From the NCBI GenBank assembly GCA_048013815.1, contig CM106586.1, positions 14,260,001 to 14,324,000 of the forward strand: a stretch of DNA of 64,000 nt. The letters are read 5' to 3'. This document shows positions 27,113-40,900 of the stretch, one piece after another; the first letter of the stretch is position 1; each line of letters begins with the position of its first letter. The position numbers and the translations under genes were made by a program. The notes under the pieces were generated by a model. It was not told where the DNA came from, made no database searches, and saw only the letters and a program-made list of their open reading frames with translations. Origin of the DNA: Setoptus koraiensis (lineage: Eukaryota; Animalia; Arthropoda).

Positions 27113-30100
27113 GCCACCTTTGACTGTGCGCTCGTCGCGCCGTTCAGGGGGTCTAAATAGGGCAGCTGTGCATGCCCGATGTGGATGCCCTGTGAAAATG
27201 TGGAGTCGAGCTGCTGCGGCCGCATCAAGTCAACGGTCAGATTTCAGTCGCTGTTTGGTCGCATGTCGAAATTAGTTTTCTCAGTTATAGTCATCAGTTT
27301 AGATAAATTCTCGGCGCGCGAAATAACTCCAAACGGAATTCACGAATGCATGCGTTCGCGGTCTCCATCGGCGTCTCGTTGATATGCGCAAATTCCCATA
27401 ACTGCGACTTTGCATGTCGCTTATTTTTAGATGTTCATTCGACAGTCGACAACCAGCGACTAACTAGATCGGAAACAAGCTCACATGCCCAATAATACAA
27501 ACAACTAGATGAAATAAAATGACGTCTCTCTTGTGTTCATATATGTAATTAGTCTCCCTCTCTGTCTGTGTATCGTAACTACACATTATATTGCTGTTTC
27601 AACACACACACACACACACACACACCACATTGCGAGTAATTTTGTGCCAACAGCGACTTGTTCACTAGTGACCCGCGATTTTATCTTGTTCGAATGAGCC
27701 AGTAATGCGATCGAGCCAAAATGTCACGCCAAAAATTCGAGATAATAACGTTAGTGGGTGCAACAAGGGCCAAAAACACTGGAACAGGTTCGAATGGTCG
27801 ATAACGCGTGCGTTTCCATGTCGTGCGCTTGTTTGCGTGGGCGTTGCTGCGCGGGTACCTTTCAGCGGCGTTTGCTAAGAGTGTGTGTTGCTGCATCCCG
27901 GCTGCATCGGGAGCCGGTCCCGTCACCAGAGGCTCGTCGGGCGGGCCGGGTCGGGCCGGCCTCTCAACTGCACAAACTGTGGAAATATCTCGCAAGTTGC
28001 TCCCACCGGCCGGTCTCTTGGAGCCGGCACAAAGTTGTTGCGCTCTGATGCCGTCGCTGTGCGGACTGCAACAACAACGACGACGACGACGACAACAGCA
28101 GCAGCAACAACAACAGCAACAACAACAACCGAGACGACGACCGGAGCAGCAACGGCGACAATTCAATTGAGCCGAACGGTCGAAAGTTTGCCTCGTATGC
28201 GTTTCATCTGTCTTGGCTGGACAGCATTTGTTTGCCAGTGTGTCAGTGCTGCACGTCAGTTTGGCCGGCCGGTCAGTTGTTACTTGGCGTCTGTTGGTCT
28301 GTCCGGTTGTTGCATTTGGCCGGCCTAGAACGGCCGAGAATGGCCGACACAAGAGGCATCACCGTGCCGATCAGCTGACAGTAAGCGATCTTGGCGAGAC
28401 ACAAAAGCCTGAGCGAAGGCATCACATTGTATAGGGCTGCCTTGCCTCAAATGCCACAATTGCCAGCTGGAAACAGTCATCTGTTATCGCTGATCAGCTG
28501 ATCAAATATGTCTAATTATGTGTCTAGACGCGGTGGACGACTGGCCTGTTTGTTGTCTATGGCGATGTTGATCTGATTTGTCTAGCAGGCAATGGCTTGC
28601 TTGCTGGCGGCTAGCCGTTGGGCTGGCTGCTTGCATAATAGTTGCAGTAATAATAATAATGATATAGAGAGCCGAGAGAGAAATAATAAGCTCAACGACC
28701 CGATCGACGCAACGCAGCCCGACTCGCTCGCTGGCTGCCGGGCTGGCTGGCTGCCCGTCTGCCCGTCTGGCTGGCTGGCTGGCCCGCTTGGCTGGCATTT
28801 TGGCGGATAGCTGATATCGGCCGCTAGAGGGACGAGAGGGCACAAACGTCGGCGAGCGAGACAATGATTGGTTGGAGTGGGCACAACAATGACGGCTCTC
28901 GGTTGCCACTATGTATCATGGTCGTCGCCGGCGTTTAATAACCATAATGATAATGAGAAGAATGAGCGACACAACACAGCGACGCAAACAGTCTAGACGG
29001 CGCACCATTTTCGACGGCATCTCGCAGTGTTTATATGGTCCGTTTATACGGCTGCTTTTGTTATTTCCGCACAATCGAACGCACTCGATTGACTGCGACT
29101 GCCAGCCACTTTCCGTGTCTCTGCTCGCCGAGAGCTGGGCCCCTTTCGCGTTCTAATAATGCCGCCGCAACGGCAGCGTGTCAGATAATGTGTCACAACA
29201 GCGTCTCCAGCCAGCAGCGCATGCAAATAGGGCCAAAATGTCATTTTTCCATAGATTAGGTATTTGCGTTTAGCATTAAATTGGTTGCTTGTCACTCTTT
29301 TGTCTGGCATATGGCGCGCACACATACTATTTGTCTAGGCCCTATCCATAGATATATTATATATTATTATACACACACACACCAAAGACAAAGCCAGCGA
29401 AAAAGTGGCATTGTTCCAACAATGGCGCCCCCTATCTCTGCTCTGTCTGTCAACTAGTCTAGTGCTTGTCTGGTGCAACAAACGCAACTTGTCTAGTTGC
29501 GTCATCAAGGTGCACGGTTCGTCATAAGTGCACAAGGGTTGCCACTTACTGGATATTAATAGGTGGTGCCGCCGCCGCGCACAAGATTTCGCCTTCTGCT
29601 CGTGACATTTGACGCATCCATTGTGCAATCGTTTGCTGTGCCGCTATGTGCCGCACACATCATGCCATTATATCATGCCATTACATTATGCCGTTATATT
29701 GTGCCATTATATCATGCCCTTATATTGTGCCATTGTATTACGCCCTTATATTGTGCCATGGCATATTGCTGCGCATTGCGCCCGTTATCCCGTCCAATTC
29801 CAATGCCAATCAAATCGCAACAACTGTCATTGGCTAATTATAGTCCGTTACGTAACTGTGGCTTTATACTGCTGGCAACCCGTGTGATTCGCGCAACCTG
29901 TGCGAACGTCAAGCGTCAACGTCACGCCATTCTGCGCCATTCATTATAGCGCAGCTATAATGCGCTATATCGCGCCGCGCCGTGCCGCGCACAGGTGACT
30001 CGCAAGGTCTTACGCAAGTTAGTTTGTTAGTGACCGACAATTGCAACAATTTACAATTGTTAGTGGGCAAAACTTTCCTCGCCAGCCGAGCTCGCCTGGC

Positions 30101-33100
30101 CGCGCTCGGCTTGGCCTGGAATAATTATAAATTATGGCTAGATTAGCGATCGCACTGGCCGTTCGCGTGGCCTGTGCGTGTGTGTCGTCGTATTCAGACA
30201 TGAGTGTGTGTGTGTGTGCGAGGCAATTGTTGCGACGTCTCGCCAAGCGACCAACTCTTATCTCGTCGGTTAACAAAGTTGCAGCGAGCAACAATTGTTA
30301 ATCTGGCCAGCGCGCTGCCAGCGAGATTATCTACGGGATTGACGGGAATATTCAAGCGCTGGGCCAATCGGCCAAGCGGCAACTTCATTGGCCGGCCGGC
30401 CGGCCGGCCGACCGACTGTGTGTATGTAAATAGTGCAATGGCGTTTGATTAGCGCCACAGTGGTGCGACTGGCGGACAAAAGTTGCACTGGCCTAATCTT
30501 GGACCTTTTGCTTGGTTTGGAAAAGACAGGCCGACGGACGGCGCTGGTTGCCGGGTCGGTGACCATGGCAACGGGTCGGCCGGCGAGCTCGCCAGTATGC
30601 ACGCGCTGTCTCCTGTCGTCTGTGTGTTTGTTGCAATTGTTGTCGGTTGCAGCGTTGGCAAGATCGCCACCGGATCGCCGTTTGTGTGGTGGCTATGTGG
30701 CAAGTGAAGTGGCCTAAGGTAGCCTAAGGTAGCGAGTGTGTGAAGCAGCAACAAGTGATTCTCGGCGGCGAGCTAGTTGCCGTCTGAAACACAGAGCGAG
30801 CGAGCGAGCAAGCGAGAGAGAGAGAGGGAAAACAAGTTTTTTATAACAGGTGACCCAAACAACAGCCGATCGGTTTGTCTGGCTGGCTGTCTGGCGGGCT
30901 GTCTGGCCGGCCGGCCGGTCTACTGGCTGCTGCTGCTGCTTTGAGAAAGAGAATTTCCAAATAATCATCATCATTGTTTAAGTGTCGGTTGCTTGCCGGG
31001 GAATAATTTGCTAATTTCGCATTGATGCCGCTGCCGCCGCCGCCGCCGCCGCCGCCACTGCTCACCTTGCGCCACTTCGGCTGCCACGTTCGTGCCCGAC
31101 CGGCGCAAGGTTACGACAACAAGCCCACAACTGTGAGAGGGGAGACCGCCAGCCAACCGACCGACCATCCAGCAACTTACCTGTCTCACCTGTGCGAGCG
31201 TTGGCCATCGATCAGCTGATCGATCACAACCAACGCTCGAGCGACCATCGTAGGCCAGCCTATGCAGTGGGCCGACGCACAGGTAAGTGGCAGCATTCTA
31301 TTCATTTCTTTTTTCGCGGCTGAAACAGACGAGAGAAGAGGGGAAAAGATGGACAGAGAAAGAATACACAATGTTGCTGTCGTTGTGAGTAATTGAATAA
31401 TTGAGACGCACGCATTGCGCTGCCAGCGTTATGCCAGTTGACCAATTGCAGACCGGCGCCAATCAGACATCATGATTATTTCATTCATGCGCCCGCCGTC
31501 ATGTGTGCCCATCGGTGGGCCGCTCGTCGCAGCGGCCGGCCGACCGACCGACCGACCGGCGATTGTGAGGCCTTTCACGGCGTGTGAAAGGCTCAACGTT
31601 TAACAGTTGTGAGTTTCGAGTTGCGAGTTTGAGTTTGAGTCGGCTCTCCCTCTCGCTGGCAACTGCCACAATGAGCTCTCCTCTGTCAAACCGACGCAGT
31701 GCGCATAGGACAAAGAATAGAATGGCCAACGAAAGAAAAAAACTGCAACCAAACCTAAATCATTATCATTCGCAACTGACAGCCCGAAACAGCTGACATC
31801 CCCAACAGCTGACGCTCGAAACAGCTGACATCCGATCAGCTGAGCGGTGGACTGCAAACTACGGACTGTCGGCCGTCGGACTGCGGACTGTTGGCTGTTG
31901 GCTGTCGGACTGCGGACTGTCGGCGTAGCAGGCTGTCGGCCGACTGTCGGCCCACAATGGACGCCAACAATGCCAGCAACACATAGCTCGCTCTATGGCA
32001 GCGCCAGCGATGGAATGAGCGCACTTCCGGCCTGCAGTGTCCATAGGGTGTGCCCAATCGGTGTCACAATTGATTCCAATCAAATCGGTAGTTGCATCAC
32101 GATGAGCACACATCATCATCGCCATCACACAATCTGACAATTGCGAGCTTTCGCAATCTGCCACCTTTGCAGCGACTACGGCGACTATACTATGACAACT
32201 ATGCTGTGGCGACTATGCTGGGGCGACTATAGTTGGCGCTGGCGCTAGTGGCGACCATTGTTGTCATTGTGAGTATAACATTATTATTATTATTCGCGTT
32301 GTCACCAGCAACGAGCCGCTCGCAAACTGTCACTGTTAGCGCCAACATGCTCATAATAGCCAATGTTACGCAATACTGTGCACAGCCCATCGCGCAATTT
32401 GTCCCGCGAGTGACACAAGCGGTTTGCACACAGCGGCACAGTGTAATTTTGTTGACACTGGCTTGTCAGTTGGAGCTCGCCGGCGACGTTTGTCCGATTT
32501 GGGAACAATGCTATGCGCACTGCTGTTACGCAATACCATGCCAAATAGCACAATGTTATATGGCGTAATGCTATACAGTTGCGAGCAGTGTGCGCCCCGG
32601 GGCTTTGTTCACTGAGCACTGTGCCGATAATTGCTCGGTAAACACTTGAGCACAATTAGCGGGCCCGAGTCACATTTTGATCCGACGCCATGCAATCCAT
32701 GGCACACAATCCATGGCACAAGAGGCTCGCAAGAGGAACCGACTTGAGCAAACATCAAACTTGCGGGCAAATTGCCGACTCTGTCGGCCAGCCAGCGCCG
32801 CACGATCGCCGCCGAACCGTTCGAATCGCTGGCCGGCGAAGCGTTCTCTGGCAAGTCGCTGTGAGCTAGCGAGTCTGTTTTGCTCGCTAACTGAGCAGAG
32901 CTGGCTAGCGAGCAGCGGTGAAGCGATCAGCCGAAAGTGAGATCACTGTGCGCTGCGAGCCACCGACAACGGCCAGTCACCTGTTGCTGTCGCTAAGGTC
33001 GCTTGCCGTTGTTGTTGTTGTTGTGCTGTCGTTGTCGTTGTTGTTGTTGTTGCTGCTGCAGTTGTTGTTGTTGTTGCTGTTGTTGTTGCGTGTGTGGTTG

Positions 33101-33648
33101 CATGCTTGTGAGATCCAGCATCAGCGGCGGCTCGTCTGAGGCTGTGACGCACCGCTACGAGTGTGCACCGGAGGAATGCTACATGACAACAACGGCAACA
33201 ACCACGACAACAACGGCACAACCTCGACAACAACGGCACAACTTCGACAACAACAGCAACAACCACGACAACGGCAGCAACAACAACAAGCTAGCGAATT
33301 GATAAGTACATTGTGGCGATGGTCAGCGAGCGAGCAATTTTTCAGTTTAGTCTTGCCGTGTGTTGCAACAGTGTGTGTGTGTGCCGCTAACATGAGAGAG
33401 GAACGTGGAGTCATGACTGGAGTTTGGTCCACTAGAATCACGACGACGACGACGACGCCGACGACGACGCCGACGACGACGCCGACAACGACGTCGAAAA
33501 GCGTAACAGCTGATTCGATTTGGCGAGCGGTGGCAGCGCCGGGATCCGACGAGTGCACTCTGTGTGCTCTTCATTCATGCTTCTCACAAGAATCTGACGA
33601 ATTGACATGAATGAGAGAGCCTGCGCCAGACGACGCAGATACGCATAG

Positions 33649-33679
<31 letters not shown>

Positions 33680-34482
33680 CACATTTATATATATAGACAG
33701 GCAGAGAGAGAGAGAGCAGATCAGATGATAGAGAACAACAGGTAACGAGAAGAAACCGACAATTACCAGCCAGCGACTCACCTGTTGCTCGCAACTAACA
33801 AACTTGGCCGGCTGCGTTCGGCCGATCTCTGTCGCTGGCTGCATGGAGCATTCTCAAAACAGACTCTCTCTCTCTCTCTCTCTCTCTGGCGGCCAGAGTC
33901 TGGCCGCTCACATTGCTGTATTTGATGAAAATTTCCTTGTCCGTGTTTGTCTAATTCGGTGCGTCTCTCGCCGCTCTTTGCGCCGGCCTAACAGTGTTCG
34001 TGCCGAGTTGTTCGGCGTTCGCGAGGAATTTCTGCTCGCTTGTGTGCGCTGTCATCGTGGTCACTTGTTACTGCTTCTCGCTCTTATCGTCGCCTCTTTT
34101 ATTTCTCCTCCACTGTGCCCATTCTAATTTGCTGCCAGTATCATCATCATCATCTTGTGCCCGAGCCCGAGCCAACGCCAGCGCCAGTGTGAGTCAGTGG
34201 ATGTGTGCGTTGGGCAGCGAAAATTCTTTACGCAAACAGCAGATTATCATCTCTGCTCAACAGAGTCTGCTGTGTTGGCTCGTCTACGGTGTGCCGTCGT
34301 TGATTCGCGGCCAGCCAACGAATCAACGAATTAACTAGCGGCCTAACAGCCATTTAATGGTCAATGGCAACAGCGAGCGACGTTCCTAAACAACAACAAC
34401 AACAACAATTATCATTATTGTTCTTGGGCGTCGCCCGTATCCACATGCGCCGGCCAACAGGAAGTGGCGCCCAAGCCACACA

Positions 34483-34537
34483 CAACTCATATCATCAGAC
34501 AACTCGTATCATCAGACAACTCGTATCATGAGACAAC
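34483..34537 (+). repeat. 17-bp tandem repeat CAACTCGTATCATCAGA x3
   Basis: Read directly. Confidence 0.92.
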
Positions 34538-34802
34538 AAGCGAGTGTTGGTGCCACCGTTGCTGTCATGAAACGGCGCCCCTCGTCCGATGACCAACGAG
34601 CAAATCAGGCGAGCGACAATCGGCTGTTACTCGTTACCTGTTACTGGCAGTTTCTGCTGCCGCTGTTGCTGTTGCTGTTGTACTACAACAGTTGTAGGCA
34701 ACCCCATGGATCCCAGGGCATCCATTTCTGGCATTTCTGGCGCTCGCAACAGCGACAGGTGAACGTTGTTTCCTTCACGCCACTTTACAGTGTATAATTC
34801 GA

Positions 34803-34987
34803 GTCTAGACAGTCTGAGAGGCAAGTGTGTGGTAATCGCAATCGCATCGTCTAGACTCTTTCTCTTGATCTGTTCGTTTGGCCGGCGATAGTCGCCCGCG
34901 ATAGTGTCGTGACGCGCCAATCAGACGCTCTCGACGCAATCACGCCAACGTACAGGCAAACAGTGCGGATTGTCTAGACACCGTCTA
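34803..34987. promoter_or_regulatory. Smad-binding-element cluster (3x GTCTAGAC)
   Basis: Exact palindromes at 34803, 34849 and 34972, plus extra GTCT/AGAC half sites. Function is inferred. Confidence 0.45.
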
Positions 34988-37900
34988 AATATAGTTTATA
35001 TATTGCAGCACAACCCTATCCACTCACAAGCCATATGCATGGAGGCAACTTACAAAGTTAGCAAAGGCAACGTCGGACGATCCGCTTGACAGCCAATACT
35101 GGGCTTACTGTTTAATTTCACGCCAGTTCCTCTAATCGACCGCTAACATTTGCTTGTTACACCCTCATGCATGCATCATTTTTGCGTCATCGTTCCTCTA
35201 TCATTTGTGTGCCTTTTCTGGATCATCATTTTGACGCCGTTTCGTCATTTTCATCGTTTGCGCTGCCGTCTAGCTAGCCGTTGAGTTGTTTTGTCGATGT
35301 TGCCGGTGTTGCCGACGCTGCCGACGCTGGCCCATCGATGCGGCAGCATTTGGCAAGACGATAGCACTTGCATAACTTGCGACGTCATTGAGCCCCGTCA
35401 CGTGCTGCGGCAACGTGCCATTTTGCACTTTGCCGGCTGTCGCACGCCAGCCGGTGACACTGTCGGCATTGGCGGCGACGATTGGTCTACGACGATGATT
35501 CATAGACTATGAATGAACATTGCGAACGGCATAATTGACTATTTAAATTCGTTTGGCCAACGTGTGACATTTATATATCATTGCCACTATTACGGCATGT
35601 GCGTGATTGCATAATAATGACGATGCCGCTACAATGGCGGCCAGCCGGTTACCCTGGGCACTTTTACCCGCTGCTGGCCCGTCTGTCTATCAGATGATGG
35701 CCCTCTGTTGGCGGCCATCTGACAGCTTGCTGGGTGGTTGTTCAATTGTGTGAATGCGGCGTTGTTGTGCGACGAATGTTGTTTCCGATTGACAATTGTC
35801 ACCGACGACGCCCATGGCGCTTTCTTTACCTTGTTCGCCAGCGAACGCAATCACTGCCGATGACTCCTATGGCAACATAATCTATTCTCGTCTCTCTCTC
35901 TCTCTCTTTGCTTCCTTGTGGTTGACATACAAAGAACACAACAAACACACAGACACAGAGAACAGATACAGAGGATACAAAATCCGGCCAAACCAGCCCC
36001 ATTATATATATGTAATTGCCAGCTGACAGGAGAGCATGCCATTAACTGTGCTCACAATTTTCTAAATTGTCAATTCCAGGGAGCCGCGTGATCGACGCTA
36101 AATTTTGTGTGGCGCGCGCGCACGCGCTTTCCTCTCAACTACTTCCGGTTATTGTACTAAACACACACACACACTAGAATATAGTGACTGGATGACGACA
36201 ATGGCTGCTTATGACCACGTTAAATCGAGTCAGCGCGAATATGTTCGCGTGCAAACGTTTACATTGTTCATACAATGTTTTGTGGCATGACCTTGAAACT
36301 AATTGCCCTTGCAAGCGCTTTTTTCCTGCCCGTCTGTACATATGTCACGCTGCCTTTAGGTGGCACCATTGTCACACTAGTGCCCAAAACAAACAACAGC
36401 TCTCACAATTGCATAGCCAGTTGAGTATGCAAGGTCCGTTAGCCCGGCAAGCTAGCTGTCTCACCTGTGCGATGTTGTTTGCCGGGCGCAAAGACGGGCA
36501 CGCTCGCATTTCGGCGGGTACCTCTCGGCGGCTGAAGGAACGGGCCGGTTTTCATCGAGACATTGCATTAGGTGTGTGTATAAATTTACGACTTTGATTC
36601 AAATAAAATAGTGCACATGCTGGTACGCATAGTGAGCAAATTGCAAAAAGCGTGCGTCTAGTTTGGTGTGCGGATTGTGACGCAGGCGCACATTTTTTGC
36701 AAACATAACAGTGAAAAAATTGCCAATAATGACAACTGGTCGCGGCCACGCGTTACACCTCGCGTTCACCGCTTACAAGTGAGCACGTTTCGTGCTGTCT
36801 ACTGCTGCTATTCGTGTTAAAATATCCATCTATATAAGCTATCATAAGCCATTGCACAGGTGAGTCATTCCAGTGTTCGGTGACGCAACTAGGGGGGCGC
36901 AAAGCCAAAGCAACGCACCAGCAACGTGACAGTGGAATAGCGGAATAGCGGAATAACGGGCAACAACGAGGCAACGAGCCAACGGAGCAATGAAAAAACG
37001 GAGCAACGAAACAACGAAACAACGGAATGACGGAATAACGGAATGGCCAAGATTAGATAGATTGCTTATTGAGGTAACCTGAGTAGGGGCTGAATTGGGC
37101 CAGTTTAGGCAATATTCGGCCAATATGAGCCAGCCGTAGCTGTAGCTGATTCGCTAACTCGGGGGTAGCTCGTGTATCAGGCCACCAAGTGAGGCGTGCA
37201 GAGATTTACAAATATATGGTCGGCAATGGCCACGCTCAGCTGGCAACGCGCATAAGTTACGCAAGCCAGCCCGACGAGTTAGTGTATGCAAATGAGCAAT
37301 GGTGCCATGGTGTCATCTTGCATGCACCTGACCTTTCGCTCGAGTGCCAGCACTGGCTTGGTACACACCGGGCCAGCACGCGTTTATAAACGTAGCGTGG
37401 CGTGTTTTTTCCTCTCTCTCTCTCTCTCTCCGGCGACGTTTGCCTCTGCCAGTGGCGTCAACTGTTTGGGGCCGATTCTTTTTTCGTTTGCTTAAATTAA
37501 GCAAACGAGGCATATGCCGCCACCTACGAGCCAACCCGGCCTGGGCCAACATAATACCCCTTGCCAGCCCCGAGCGCCCCACTCGGCTGGCTGGCTCTGT
37601 GTGGGGTGCGAGCCGCGCGCCCCGACAAATGTCTTCGGGCCCCTTTCGCGTCAGTATGTGTGTGTGTGTGTGTTTGCGAGCAGAATTATGCGTCGCAGAT
37701 ATTCAGATGAGCGGGCCCGATAAGCAGCTCGCAGAGCGGATATTAGAATAACTTGCCCGCGCTATAGAATATCCATCGCGCTATATATACACACTTAATA
37801 CCTTGTCGCATGTTGGCCGATGTGGCCGAGCGAAGGTAAACAAACGCCAACAACAGTCAAATATAGCAAATCCACGGCGCCGGGTACCTGTCGCAACGGG

Positions 37901-40900
37901 TGACAGATTACGCAAACGGCACACATATACCGTTTGCCGTATATAGCGATAGATAGACAGGTAGGGCTGAGGAGCCAACTATTGGGCCGCACCAGTTGGC
38001 TCGCGAGAAGAGTTTTGCAAAAAGAGTGCGCCTGCCGGACAGCGGGGAGAATGCGACCGGGTGCAGTATATTTCGCAAACTGTGACAAATCGCTGTCACT
38101 GTTGACGCGCACTGTTCCATTGCATAAATTAGCGCGCTCAGGTTGGCGTGTAAAGCGCAAACAAGTGCGCACTGATTGGGCCACACACAGCCCCGGGATT
38201 AATTGCTTTGAATTGCCATCACTAGATATTGACAGATATTGATGGATACCGATAGATACCGATGGATATAGATAGATATAGATAGATATTGGTAGAGGCA
38301 CGGATTAGGTGCCATTGACGAATTGCGAGCGAAACCTAGGTGCGAGTGAACCAACAAGTGAGGCATGCAAAAAGCACGAGGATCACGCGTCGCAAAGCCT
38401 ACATCTGGCGAGTACATCTGGTGCCAGTCGTTCCATTATTATCTCTTTGTTTGGCGCCTCCGGTGCGGCCCGCGTCGCCCAGACCAACGGCTCAGACAGC
38501 GGCTTGCATCATGCAATTGGCATGGGGCCCGGCGGCCCGACAGCCCGACAGCCCGGCGGCCCGACAGCCAAATGGCGGCCTCGTACAAGCGCCCTGTCCT
38601 ATATAAAGCGACATGCAGCTATATGAGCGGTTTTCGGGCCATTAACGGCGCACCGTGTACGTGAGCGGGCCGGTGAAATTATTTGCCCGTTGTTTGCAGC
38701 CAGTCGAGTCATGTGTCTGGCCGCTGCCTGAGTCAGCCAGAGACGACGATGGATAATAGATGAGTTCATTGTGAGGCCCTTTCGTGGTTGCACCAGCCAG
38801 TGTCGCCAATCGGTAATCGACGATGGTTGCGCCTCCGCGAGAGAGATAGCGCTGACACGGGCACAAATGACAGGCGTTCGCGTGCTGCCCGCTATCATGC
38901 AGATATTTGAGGCCCGCAAGGCTACATGTAGAGCGGCTCACAAGTTGCCAGAGTGGCGAATACATGTGTGTGTGTTCCAACTTGAAGCGCCATCTAAGGC
39001 GACCGTGAATTATGTGTGAAATGGGATGAATTTTTAGTGTGCGAAAAAGACCCAAAGCCAGCGACAAACACACCGCCGAAACGAAGAAACAAATGGCACC
39101 AAATCTCACCAGTGCCCAGTGTCAGCGGTACACGGGCCACGGATATGCCATATTTACCTACTCACGGGCTCAAAATGGACTCCTATCTCGCTCGTTTATC
39201 CAGCATTTCAGCGTTTCAGCGGGCCAGTCGGCCCAGTCGGCTCAGCTGACTCAGATGGGCCCAGTCGGCCCAGTTGACTCAGATGGCCGGCCCAAACGAG
39301 CACAAACAGGCCCAAACGGGTCCAAACGGGCCCACAAACTTCCCATGGCACTCGTGGCCGATCTACTGGTGCTCGTTACCGGACTCAACTGGCATTATGC
39401 ATAGTTGAGTAAATTGTGGCCAGCGTCATCTGGCACAATGGTCGACAATGGGGCCCGGAGCGGAGTCAGGGCTGCATCTGCCAGTGCGGCTGGAGCCAGG
39501 ATTTTGCTCGTCATCGTCGTCATCTGGCGCAGCAGTTGCTGTATAAGTGTGGCTGCCCCTGGCCCCGAGCACTCGATTAGCAGCCGGCCGAGGGGGCCAA
39601 CAATCGGGTATCATCAGCGCAGGCATTAGCCCGTTGCGTTGGCCCGAGTCGCACACTAGAGAGCAATGATAATCGATGCGAGACCAACAACATGAGAGGC
39701 AACACGGGCCATACACATACACATAGACACACTCGTAGTCGTGCATAAATGAGCGACAAGAGAGGTCTCCTTGCTAGCTCCGAGTCACAATGGTTAAAAT
39801 TGCTGTCGTTGTTGTCATTGAGGGTGGCTTGTTGTTGAATTTCAACTATGCAGACACACCACCGCCAACAACAACGGCAACAGCAGCAACAACAACTGCA
39901 ACAACAGCAACAACAACTGCAACAACAACAACAAAAACAGCTCATTATCATGCCATGATATGCATATCATCAACGTTTTGCCTTGAACTACGTGCCGATC
40001 GCATCACAATGCTAGTCGCACTTTTGCCCTACTAGCATCTAGCTCGGGCCTGGTTTAGATTGTTTTACAGCCATTATACTCTCGCTCTCTTTATGCTGCT
40101 TCCCTTGCCTACATTGTAGTTGTGCGACCTTTGGACCTCTGCGACTTTTCGCCAACGGACCATCGGATGTTTGGCGGGCGCTTGGCTTTTCGCTTCTTTC
40201 GCCTTACAGCGCTTAGCCAGCGCAATAACGGGACGCCTGGCAAGAGAGAGATAACGGCACGCGCTGAAGTAACCTGCTGCTTTCCAATTGGGACACCCTA
40301 TTGGCAGGCCAGCGGAATAATAATAATATGGCCAAATGCATTTAAATGCACGTACCAAGTCGCAAGTTGGTAGACCGCGCTATTATTGTGCATAATAGCG
40401 CCACTGGTGCGCGCTTCGAAACGGCCAATTATGTAATCATGTATGTAACGTATTGTCTCTTTGTAATATCTGTCTATCAGCTGCTTGTGAGTCTCTTTGT
40501 AATATCTGTGTGTGTGTGTGTGTGTATCAGATTATTGTGTCGCAATACACACAGTCCAGTGGCAAACTGGAAGCTCACGCAGCACGTCAGCGTGACATTT
40601 GTGAGCAGATCTAGTTTGGGGCGCCCTCTTTTGTTTTGTTGGCTCGCATGATGCAAAAGGATTGCAGGGGACAGAATGGCGGCAGTCACTTTAGTAAATT
40701 CACTGATCTAACTCAATGTGCTGTATCAGCAACTAATCAAATAATGAACAGCAATGAACATTTCGTAATGACGCAATCAGTTGTGGCATCTTTGAGAATA
40801 TACTCACTGACGAGCATATCTCTCTCAATCTGTCCCTTTAATCATATCAGATCAGATCAGTCATCAGTATCTTTCCATCTGCTGCTCGATTGAAACACAC

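Noticed and set aside
27681-28352. 223-aa minus ORF containing KRTRYRPF
   Set aside because: Contains a poly-Cys tract from TTG repeats; several other frames are equally open in GC-rich DNA; no family recognised.
32900-32965. bantam-like TGAGATCACTGTG
   Set aside because: The 3' half diverges and the hairpin is poor, with the mature 5' end unpaired.
12776-33838. Other minus-strand CAG|GTGAGT donors with possible exons (12782-, 16643-16672, 33782-33838)
   Set aside because: No recognisable peptide; similar consensus donors occur on the plus strand (1687, 31283, 36860), so they are compatible with chance.
40201-40275. miR-124-like TAACGGCACGCGCTGAA
   Set aside because: Insertion in the seed and a ~37-nt loop; not a credible precursor.
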